This document shows positions 55,225 through 62,827 of a stretch of DNA of 64,000 bases, piece by piece. The notes beneath the pieces were generated by a model. The model was not told where the DNA came from, did not search any database, and saw only the letters and a program-made list of their open reading frames with translations. A program made the translations under genes and the position numbers. Origin of the DNA: Candidatus Saccharicenans subterraneus (GTDB taxonomy: Bacteria > Acidobacteriota > Aminicenantia > Aminicenantales > Saccharicenantaceae); contig QUAH01000007.1 in the NCBI GenBank assembly GCA_003426165.1, positions 43,276-107,275 on the forward strand, written 5' to 3'. Position 1 is the stretch's first letter; the number at the start of each line of letters is the position of its first letter.

Positions 55225-56583
55225 GTGTTAAAAATATTACTCATTTCTTCGGATGATGGGGTGGCCAGAGAGATAGCCGGGGCTCTGCCTCCGGGGGCCT
55301 GCCAGCTGACCCTGGCCGGGGTTGAAGAGGACCTGATCGGCCGGATTAACCGGGAAAAACCGCGGGTCATTCTTCTGGTCAGGGAAGGACGGTTGTCTGA
55401 TACTTTTTCCAGGCTCAGAAAGATAAAGAGCCATGACCCGCTGATGGAGGTTATAGTTCTGGGCCAGCCCGAGAGCGAAGCGAGAGTGGCCGAAGTGATC
55501 AAGGCCGGGGCCCTTGATTATCTCCAGCTGCCGCTGCGACCGGAAGCCCTGGCCGAAAGCCTGAAGAAACTGGAAGAGAAAATTGCCGTCCGCCGGGAAA
55601 CCTACCAGCTGGAGAGGGAGCTGGCCAGCAAGTACATCTTTGAGGGAATGGTCGGGCGGCACCCGGCCATGCTGGAGCTCTTTGCCCTGGTGGAGAGGCT
55701 GGCCCGGCATCAAATAACTGTCCTGGTAACCGGCGAAACCGGGACGGGAAAGGAGCTGGTGGCCCGGGCCATTCACAACCTCAGCCCCAGGAAAGACAGG
55801 CCACTGGTGGTGGTTGACTGCACCACTCTACCGGAATCCCTGTTTGAATCCGAGGTGTTCGGGTACGAACGCGGGGCTTTTACCGGTGCCGACCGGGCCA
55901 AGAGCGGGTTGTTGAAGGAGGCCGATGGCGGCACCATATTTTTTGATGAAATCAGCGAAATTCCCCCAGGCAGCCAGGCCAAGCTGCTGAGGTTCCTGTC
56001 GGAAAGAACCTTCAAGCCGCTGGGCAGCAACCGCCCGGTCAGGGTGGATGTCAGGGTTATCTGCGCCACCAACCGGAACCTGAGGGAAGAGGTGAAGAAG
56101 GGGAATTTCCGGGAGGACCTGTATCACCGGATTAACGTGGCCGAGGTGAACCTGCCTCCGCTGAGAAAGCGCAAGGATGACATTCCGCTCCTGTGCCTTC
56201 ATTTTATTGACCGCTACAACCAGCGTTTTGGAAAATCGGTTCGGGGGCTGTCCAACCGGGTCAAGAAAATCCTGTTTGAGTATGATTGGCCCGGTAACAT
56301 CAGGGAACTGGAGAAGGTGATAGAGCGAGGGGTCATGCTGACCACTGATAATTTCATAGATATTCAACACCTGCCCGAAAGGCTGATCAGCCTGGTAGAA
56401 ACAGAGCTCATGGAAGACAAACCCTATCCTTACGTCAACCTATCACTTGATCAGATTGAGAAGAAGCACCTGCTGGAAGTTCTGCGGGCCAACGGGTTTA
56501 ACAAGCAGAAGGCGGCCCGGGTGCTGGGCCTGACCAGGCCGGCCCTGTACCGGAAACTCAAGAAATTCAAATTAAACGTCTGA
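55225..56583 (+). CDS. Sigma-54-dependent enhancer-binding protein with degenerate receiver domain and Fis-type HTH
   Basis: Walker A GETGTGKE, ESEVFGYERGAFTGA, FFDEISE, FREDLYHR, WPGNIREL, HTH KAARVLGLTRPALYRKL. Confidence 0.93.
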   Translation: MLKILLISSDDGVAREIAGALPPGACQLTLAGVEEDLIGRINREKPRVILLVREGRLSDTFSRLRKIKSHDPLMEVIVLGQPESEARVAEVIKAGALDYLQLPLRPEALAESLKKLEEKIAVRRETYQLERELASKYIFEGMVGRHPAMLELFALVERLARHQITVLVTGETGTGKELVARAIHNLSPRKDRPLVVVDCTTLPESLFESEVFGYERGAFTGADRAKSGLLKEADGGTIFFDEISEIPPGSQAKLLRFLSERTFKPLGSNRPVRVDVRVICATNRNLREEVKKGNFREDLYHRINVAEVNLPPLRKRKDDIPLLCLHFIDRYNQRFGKSVRGLSNRVKKILFEYDWPGNIRELEKVIERGVMLTTDNFIDIQHLPERLISLVETELMEDKPYPYVNLSLDQIEKKHLLEVLRANGFNKQKAARVLGLTRPALYRKLKKFKLNV

Positions 56584-56809
56584 CTCCCTGAGAATACCCC
56601 GCTGAATTTCGGGGATAGCAGTCTGCTGATGGCATGACTTCTGTTGCCGGATCAGGCTCATTTTTTTTGCAACCAGGTGCTTCCCGAGAAAAGCTGTTTT
56701 TTTGTTAATGTCTGTCCACATCCCCGATAATCAAAAGGCCAGAGAAATATCTGGCCCGGGCCCGAGTCTAACCGAATGGAGGTTACAATTTCTATGGCCG
56801 TCTTCTATG

Positions 56810-56908
56810 TGTAACGAAAATGAACAGTGGCAGATATTTAATCTATCTTTTTGAATCTCAATAAGATAGGCCCGGCAGCTGTCCAGTTAGGTGTAACAAA
56901 AGCGGACA
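56810..56908 (+). promoter_or_regulatory. Two candidate upstream activator sites (TGT-N11-ACA)
   Basis: TGTAACGAAAATGAACA (56810-56826) and TGTAACAAAAGCGGACA (56892-56908); both begin GTGTAAC and lie upstream of the sigma-54 promoter. Confidence 0.5.
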
Positions 56909-56969
56909 GGAGGCCCGAAAGCTGCCCATCTTAAATTATTGAATATCAATTAGATAACAAAAAATAAGC

Positions 56970-56985
56970 TGGCACATATATTGCT
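56970..56985 (+). promoter_or_regulatory. Sigma-54 (-24/-12) promoter P1
   Basis: TGGCAC-ATATA-TTGCT, near-perfect match with GG-N10-GC spacing, about 40 nt before the 57028 ORF. An IHF-like TAAATTATTGAAT lies at 56932-56944. Confidence 0.85.
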
Positions 56986-57027
56986 TTATTTGTGGTCAAG
57001 AATTAGCGACGAGACTTAAGGCGTAAG

Positions 57028-57537
57028 ATGAACATGAGAAAGGATGATGGAAAAAACTGTTGGCGTAAATTCTTCCTGCTCATAGTAGTAAGTCTATCAT
57101 TCGGGCTTGTTGCCTGGTTGCGGGCCGATACTTCAACCAGGGCCACCTTTTCTTTAGAACTAAAAGAATGGCTGGTCCTGGAAATCAAGTCAGCCCACGA
57201 TGGTTTTTCTGACACGGGTAATTTACAGGCCCTGGGCCAGGCCGAAGTCGTGTTGGGCCAGCCCGTGCAGGTCAGGGCTCTTTTATCGGTCAGCGAGGGT
57301 GACACAATTGCCTTAAAAGGAGTCATTTATTCTGAAGAAGAACCAGAGAACCAGTCCCTTTTGATCTGGAGAGGCCAGGGAGACATTCAAGGAGAAGGGC
57401 TGGTCCTTGTCGGCCAGGAGAACATCTATGCCGTCTGGCAGGGAAACGGCCTGAAGACCGGCAGCCTGGTTTTCCTGGATAGAGAAGGCAACTCTGGCCA
57501 TGTCTTTAAGGCCAGATTTACCCTGAGCGCTTTGTGA
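57028..57537 (+). CDS. Exported pilin-like/WxL-like subunit 1 (divergent)
   Basis: Signal peptide; C-terminal W-x-G-x-G...W-x-G-x-G..G-x-L-x-F...FTLS pattern shared with the three downstream paralogs. Confidence 0.65.
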   Translation: MNMRKDDGKNCWRKFFLLIVVSLSFGLVAWLRADTSTRATFSLELKEWLVLEIKSAHDGFSDTGNLQALGQAEVVLGQPVQVRALLSVSEGDTIALKGVIYSEEEPENQSLLIWRGQGDIQGEGLVLVGQENIYAVWQGNGLKTGSLVFLDREGNSGHVFKARFTLSAL

Positions 57538-57700
57538 AATTTATAAAATAAAATTAAGGAGTTTAATGACAGAAAAAATAGCCTGATGACATAATTTGGC
57601 GCTAAAATCCGGTTTACGCAAAGTTAGTGTTTGGAAGAACATAGCTTTAATTTATTTATTATAAGCAACTTACAATTCTAACGCCCCTTTTCTCTTGACC

Positions 57701-57716
57701 TGGCATAACTCCTGCA
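57701..57716 (+). promoter_or_regulatory. Sigma-54 (-24/-12) promoter P2
   Basis: TGGCAT-AACTC-CTGCA with GG-N10-GC spacing, preceded by an AT-rich tract, directly upstream of subunit 2. Confidence 0.65.
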
Positions 57717-57740
57717 TTATAAAATTGATGATATCTTATA

Positions 57741-58280
57741 ATGTGGGAGGAAATGGAAGTGAAGACGAAGTTTTTTAGGGTGCTGGGTCTTTGGGTAGGT
57801 TTCTTGCTGATTGCGGCTTTCAATCCGCTTCTGGCTCAGCAGTCGCGGGATGTTACCTTCCAGGTTACCCTGGCTGAATGGTACGACCTTTATATCGGCA
57901 CCAACACCGTAACCTTTACCGATGTTGCTCCAACCGTGGGAGCCACACCCGGAACGGTTCAGATAGCGGCCAATGAAAACCCGGTGGCGGTTAGGGTCTT
58001 TGCCATCATGGTTCCTGCTTCTTCTCTTAGCCTGACCGTGACCGCGGCCGGTGATTTCCACTCTACCATTCCCGCCAGCACGGTCAGCTGGACGGTTAGT
58101 GGTACCGGTTACCAGGCCGGTTCGCTGCTGGCCGGCAGCGCGGTCTCGGTCGGACAGTGGACGGGAAGCATTTTCCACTGGCACGAAGGTCAGCTCAACT
58201 TCAGCTTTCTCAGGGATTACGTCAACCAGGAACCGGGTTCGTATTCCATAACGGCCACCTATACTCTTTCCAAGATTTGA
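57741..58280 (+). CDS. Exported pilin-like subunit 2 (probable major subunit)
   Basis: Signal ending LLA-QQ; IPASTVSW...G-x-L...GQW-x-G...G-x-LNFSF...PGSYSITATYTLS; own promoter. The true start may be GTG at 57759. Confidence 0.75.
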   Translation: MWEEMEVKTKFFRVLGLWVGFLLIAAFNPLLAQQSRDVTFQVTLAEWYDLYIGTNTVTFTDVAPTVGATPGTVQIAANENPVAVRVFAIMVPASSLSLTVTAAGDFHSTIPASTVSWTVSGTGYQAGSLLAGSAVSVGQWTGSIFHWHEGQLNFSFLRDYVNQEPGSYSITATYTLSKI

Positions 58281-58420
58281 GTTCAGTTCGCAGACAGCCC
58301 GTCAGGGGGGAGAGATCCGGACTCTCTCCCTTTTATTTTATTGACCAGGAATCAGGCTTTTCATAGAATTGATTCGGGTTTTGGCCAGAACCGGAAATTG
58401 AAGATGCAGGAGGCCATAAG

Positions 58421-59224
58421 ATGAGATGCCGGTTCGGAAGAGCGCTCTGGTTTCTACTGGTTGTCATAGTGATTGCCGGCGGCTTTTTCCCGCTTCAGGC
58501 CCAGATCTATTTCGGTATCACCCCCATCCGGTTTGAGCTCAAGGTGGCTCCGGGTGGTCAGCGGACCGAGGTAATATACGTCAGGAATAATTCGCCCCGG
58601 CCGGTCAGGTTGAAAGTCTATACCGAAAACTGGACGCTGGGTGAAGATGGCAGCCGGCATTTCCTGGGGAATCAACCGACCGGCTTTTCCTGCCGGGACT
58701 GGCTCAGGGTCAATCCCTTTGATTTCCGACTTCAGCCGGGAGAGATGAAAACCGTTCGGTTCACGGTGTCTGTGCCGGCCGAGACTGAAGCCGGTGGCTA
58801 CCATGCCGGAATATCCTTTGAACAGGTGCCGGAAGCGCCCCCGGGTGGTCGGCTGGGCCAGGTGGCCTTTACAGGGAAAATTGTGGCTGCCGTCTATGTG
58901 CTGGTCGGGAAGGTCCAGGTTGAAGGCTCGCTGGAGGACCTGGTTTTCGAAGGTGCCGGCGGCGCCCAATCGCTCAAACTGAAGCTCAACAACCCGGGCC
59001 GAACTCATTTCCGCCTTAAAGGCGAGGTGCGTTTGACCACGGCCGAAGGCAAGAAAGTACAGAGCCTGGATATTCCAGACGAGCCGGTTCTGCCGCAGAG
59101 CGAACGCTGGGTGGCCATCCCGTTGAAAGAGAAACTGACACCTGGAAGCTATAAAGCCGAGGTCAGGCTGGATATCGGCCGGGACGAGCTGCTGGCCCTG
59201 GAGAAAGAGATCATAGTCAAATAA
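58421..59224 (+). CDS. Periplasmic fimbrial chaperone-like protein (PapD_N/DUF916-like)
   Basis: Signal peptide; GITPIRFEL, IYVRNNS, DWLRVNP..FRLQPGEMKTVRFTVSVP...GGYHAGISF; second Ig-like domain LKLNNPGRTHFR...GSYKAEVRLD. Confidence 0.75.
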   Translation: MRCRFGRALWFLLVVIVIAGGFFPLQAQIYFGITPIRFELKVAPGGQRTEVIYVRNNSPRPVRLKVYTENWTLGEDGSRHFLGNQPTGFSCRDWLRVNPFDFRLQPGEMKTVRFTVSVPAETEAGGYHAGISFEQVPEAPPGGRLGQVAFTGKIVAAVYVLVGKVQVEGSLEDLVFEGAGGAQSLKLKLNNPGRTHFRLKGEVRLTTAEGKKVQSLDIPDEPVLPQSERWVAIPLKEKLTPGSYKAEVRLDIGRDELLALEKEIIVK

Positions 59225-59230
59225 TCAAAC

Positions 59231-59785
59231 ATGAATAATATGAGCAGAGCCGAGCTCCAGGTTCGAAAAGAGCAAAGAGTCACCCGGAGACTGGTCTGCT
59301 GTTTCCTGCTGGCCTGGGCCGTCCTGGCCCTGGGACAGCTTCTGGCCCAGAGCACGGCCAGCCTGGGGGTGACGGTTCAGGTGGCCAGGCGCTTCAGGAT
59401 TGAGATAAGCACCAACCAGGTATCTTTCACCCGTAGTTCTTCAACGGGCGTTCCCCAGACCATTCCGGCCAACGAAGGTCGCTTTGACCTGACCGTCAAG
59501 ACCAACAATGATTACAGTTCCAGCACCAGCGTCTGGTTCCAGGTTTCTTCGGACCTGGTGGATAGCGCTACCGGCTACTCCATCCCGGTTGAGAAAATAA
59601 GCTGGCAGGCGCAGGGTAGCGGATTTTATAGCGGGCAGCTGAGCAAATCGGCCCCGGCTCTGGTGGCCAGGTTTACCGGGCCCGGGAGTTTTACCGGGTA
59701 TCTTTATTTCTTTTTCGCCGAAGACCCGAATATGGCGCCGGGAGCCTACCGGACAACGGTCACCATTCTGGTGGAAGGTGTGTGA
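59231..59785 (+). CDS. Exported pilin-like subunit 3
   Basis: Signal peptide; IPVEKISW-x-A-x-GSGFYSGQL...G-x-LYFFF...PGAYRTTVT. Confidence 0.75.
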   Translation: MNNMSRAELQVRKEQRVTRRLVCCFLLAWAVLALGQLLAQSTASLGVTVQVARRFRIEISTNQVSFTRSSSTGVPQTIPANEGRFDLTVKTNNDYSSSTSVWFQVSSDLVDSATGYSIPVEKISWQAQGSGFYSGQLSKSAPALVARFTGPGSFTGYLYFFFAEDPNMAPGAYRTTVTILVEGV

Positions 59786-59791
59786 GCCGAC

Positions 59792-60298
59792 ATGAGATCC
59801 GGGCGTTTGTTTACGGGCAACAGGCTGACCAGGTTTCTGGCCGCTGCCGTGGTCAGCATGGGCCTGCTGCTCATGTCTCCGGTCAGGCTGAGTTCCCGGG
59901 TGGCCCCCCAGCACTGGACCATAACCATCAATATTTTCCCCACGACCATCACCTTTCCGGCGGCCGACCCGGACCTGGAGCCGGTGGTTGCGGCCAACAC
60001 CCCGGTTCACATCCAGGTTACCACCTCGCCGCCCAACCGCCGCTGGGAAGTAACCATCAGGGCCGAGGGCAACCTGGTGAGCGCCAGTGGTCAGGTAATA
60101 CCAATCAGTACCATTTCCTGGAGAGCTTCTCCCAATGACGTTTTTAGAGATGGTGTTCTGGCCGCCGGGCAGAGCCTGGTGCTGGCCCAGGAACGGGGAC
60201 AAAAGGAGGCCGACCTCAGCTTTTATTTCCAGAATTCCTGGGATTACGTGGCCGGGGAATACACTCAGGTCATTACCTTTACCGCTTCCCTGCTTTAA
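59792..60298 (+). CDS. Exported pilin-like subunit 4
   Basis: Signal-like N-terminus; TITFPAADPD, IPISTISW...G-x-L...LSFYFQNSWDYVAGEYTQVITFTAS. Confidence 0.75.
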   Translation: MRSGRLFTGNRLTRFLAAAVVSMGLLLMSPVRLSSRVAPQHWTITINIFPTTITFPAADPDLEPVVAANTPVHIQVTTSPPNRRWEVTIRAEGNLVSASGQVIPISTISWRASPNDVFRDGVLAAGQSLVLAQERGQKEADLSFYFQNSWDYVAGEYTQVITFTASLL

Positions 60299-60312
60299 GT
60301 GGCGGAAGGGAA

Positions 60313-62646
60313 ATGAGTTATAGACAGAAGGTGTGGGCAGCGGAAGGCAGAGAGGGCTTTTCCCTCCTGGCTGATGCCCCCGGCCGCCTCTTCTTATTCT
60401 TATTCCTGTCTGTTCTCTTCTTAATTTCGGACCTGTTTTCCCAGCAAGGTTATATAAACCTGTCCTACTGGAACCGAAGCCGGGTTTATTCTCAGGCCGG
60501 CCCTTTTTATGCCAATGAATACGAAAATATCATGCACCTCGACCTCTGGCAGAAGTTTATTAACTATGGAGTCTTGAGTGGCTGGTTTGACGGCCGCCTG
60601 TCCTCCGCCGGCCTGGAAGCGGCTCACTGGTACCTGGACTGGCAGGGCTTGCAGCTGGGCCGGCTGTCCTGGAAGCTGAGGCTGGGTGACCATAACCTGC
60701 AGTTGACCAACCTGGGCTACCGCTTCACCAATTACTACCCGGCATATAACTACCTGCGGGGAGTGAGCGCCGGCTTCGAGCACAGGAAATTCGGCCTGGA
60801 GGTGTTCAGCGGCAAGGTGGCCAGGCTGACCGGCCTGCTGGGCAATTTTTATTCGCTGACCGAGCAGACGGCCACCGGCTTTATGGGGCGTTTTGAACCT
60901 GATAAAAAGTATTTTCTCGGCTTTGGCTTTGTGCACAGCGAAAACGAGAGGAGCTGGAGCGGCGAACTACTGACCAGGACCAACGATATTCTATTTATAG
61001 AATCAGAACTCCGCTTCAACGAGCGGGCCAGGTTTGTCATGGACACCAGGGCCAGCCTGGCGGCCGGGGAGAACGACCAGGTGAAAATCCCCGGCACCTC
61101 GATCCGCTTTGGCCCCCTGCTTCAGGGGGGACGCTGGTCCCTGGAGGTCAACTACCGTCGGGTGGATGCCGACTTCCGCAACCTCAGCAGCGAGTTCGCC
61201 TACGACCGCGACCAGGAAGGTCTTTTTGCTTCCTGGCGCTATCAGACCCGCCGTCGGGTTTTCATTTTCGGTTCGGTCGATTATTTCCACGATAACGTTG
61301 ACCGGCGTGCCGTCCTTAATACCACCGATTTCTGGCGGCTCAATTCCGGTTTTTCTCTAATCACTCCGCCCTGGCCTGACCTGACCCTGAGGCTGGACCT
61401 CAGTGCGGCTGAATCACGGCATCCGGGAGGGGATTACCGGAAGTTCATAAGCCCGGGCTTTTACCTTCAGCTTTCCAAGAACCTGGGACGTTTCTACCCC
61501 TACCTAAGGGCCCGATTTCAGCACTACGACGACCGGGTGAATGACCAGCGCGATTTCAACTATCCTTCGTTTTACCTGGGGTTGAGGTACAGCTATCTCA
61601 GGAGCGCCTACCTGCTACTGGAGGCCGAAGACAGTCGCTACTACGATTACCTGGAAAATAAACTCTCCGACCTGACCAGGCTGCGGCTGGCCACCTATTC
61701 TCCCTTTTTATTCGGCACCGATTTTTACGGGGAAATCTCTTACCTTGACCTCAAGTCATGGTATTTTGTCAGCCAGTCTTCAAAAAGAACCGAGCTATAC
61801 CTGGGGCTGGGGCGCTGGTTGCCCCTGGGCCTGAGGCTCAGGCTGGACTTCCGGGCCAGCTGGCCGCTTCAATCTGCCCAGCCGGCCAATTACTGGTTAA
61901 CTCTCAGAATAGACCGCCGCTTTAACTGGGGGGAAGTGGCTTCTTACCAGGGCCGGACCACGGGGCCGGTGCTCACCGGCCTGGGCCGGATAGAAGGCCT
62001 GGTTTTCTCCGACCGGAACCTGAACGGGATTTTTGATGCCGGGGACAGGGCTTTTCCCGAAGTGACCTTTTACCTTGAAGACGGCAGCAGCGCCACTTCC
62101 GACAGCCAGGGTCGGTTTGCTTTCAGCCGGGTGCCGGAGGGCCTCCATTCTGTCAACCTGGAGATCAGCCGGATTCCAGCCGAGTATTATCTGGCTGGCC
62201 AGGAACGCCGGGTGCTGGTGGTGGAAAAGCGGAAGTCGGCCAGGCTGGAGTATGTCCTGGTCGAGGGAGCTGGGGTTGCCGGGATAGTCTTTCAGGATGT
62301 CAACAAGAATGGCTTACTGGATGAAGAGGACCAGCCTCTCAAGGACATCCTGGTTGTGGCCAGAGCCACGGATACCGAGAAATGGCCAGAGAGCCTGAGG
62401 CAGTTGCAGGCTGAAGAACTTACCTGCTACAGCGACGGGAAGGGCCGGTTCGTTTTTGAAAACATCCTGCCCGGCCAGTACGAATTATCGGTGGATGAAG
62501 AAACCGTGCCGCGCGGGGTCAAGCTTCAGACCGAGCTGCCACTGAAAGTTGCCCTCAAGCCAGGCGAATCGATAAAAGATATCAGGATTGTCTGCCAGCC
62601 ACGTCCGGTGATCTATACCGGGCGGACCCGGGCGGGTGTGGGCTGA
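60313..62646 (+). CDS. Usher-like outer-membrane beta-barrel with two C-terminal SdrD-B/CnaB-like domains
   Basis: Signal peptide; about 530 aa of alternating aromatic beta-strand pattern; then G-x-VFSDRNLNGIFDAGD and G-x-VFQDVNKNGLLDEED, each followed by SD-x-x-GRF-x-F...GxY/H. Confidence 0.7.
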   Translation: MSYRQKVWAAEGREGFSLLADAPGRLFLFLFLSVLFLISDLFSQQGYINLSYWNRSRVYSQAGPFYANEYENIMHLDLWQKFINYGVLSGWFDGRLSSAGLEAAHWYLDWQGLQLGRLSWKLRLGDHNLQLTNLGYRFTNYYPAYNYLRGVSAGFEHRKFGLEVFSGKVARLTGLLGNFYSLTEQTATGFMGRFEPDKKYFLGFGFVHSENERSWSGELLTRTNDILFIESELRFNERARFVMDTRASLAAGENDQVKIPGTSIRFGPLLQGGRWSLEVNYRRVDADFRNLSSEFAYDRDQEGLFASWRYQTRRRVFIFGSVDYFHDNVDRRAVLNTTDFWRLNSGFSLITPPWPDLTLRLDLSAAESRHPGGDYRKFISPGFYLQLSKNLGRFYPYLRARFQHYDDRVNDQRDFNYPSFYLGLRYSYLRSAYLLLEAEDSRYYDYLENKLSDLTRLRLATYSPFLFGTDFYGEISYLDLKSWYFVSQSSKRTELYLGLGRWLPLGLRLRLDFRASWPLQSAQPANYWLTLRIDRRFNWGEVASYQGRTTGPVLTGLGRIEGLVFSDRNLNGIFDAGDRAFPEVTFYLEDGSSATSDSQGRFAFSRVPEGLHSVNLEISRIPAEYYLAGQERRVLVVEKRKSARLEYVLVEGAGVAGIVFQDVNKNGLLDEEDQPLKDILVVARATDTEKWPESLRQLQAEELTCYSDGKGRFVFENILPGQYELSVDEETVPRGVKLQTELPLKVALKPGESIKDIRIVCQPRPVIYTGRTRAGVG

Positions 62647-62827
62647 TAGCCGCGGTTCTGAATTTTTCATTACTGAAGTAAGTGGCGGGGTGCGCCTGCT
62701 CGCTGATTCGGGTTAATGGGCACGTCCTGAATCTCTTCCGGGCCGGGATGATACCAGAACAAAAGGTTTGCGGCCCGGGATGAGTTTTCTTATAATCAAC
62801 CTGTTAATTTCTTTCTCAGGAGATATT

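Noticed and set aside
62647-62827. Moco/tungsten riboswitch upstream of AOR
   Set aside because: No match to the Moco/Wco core motifs that I can recognise.
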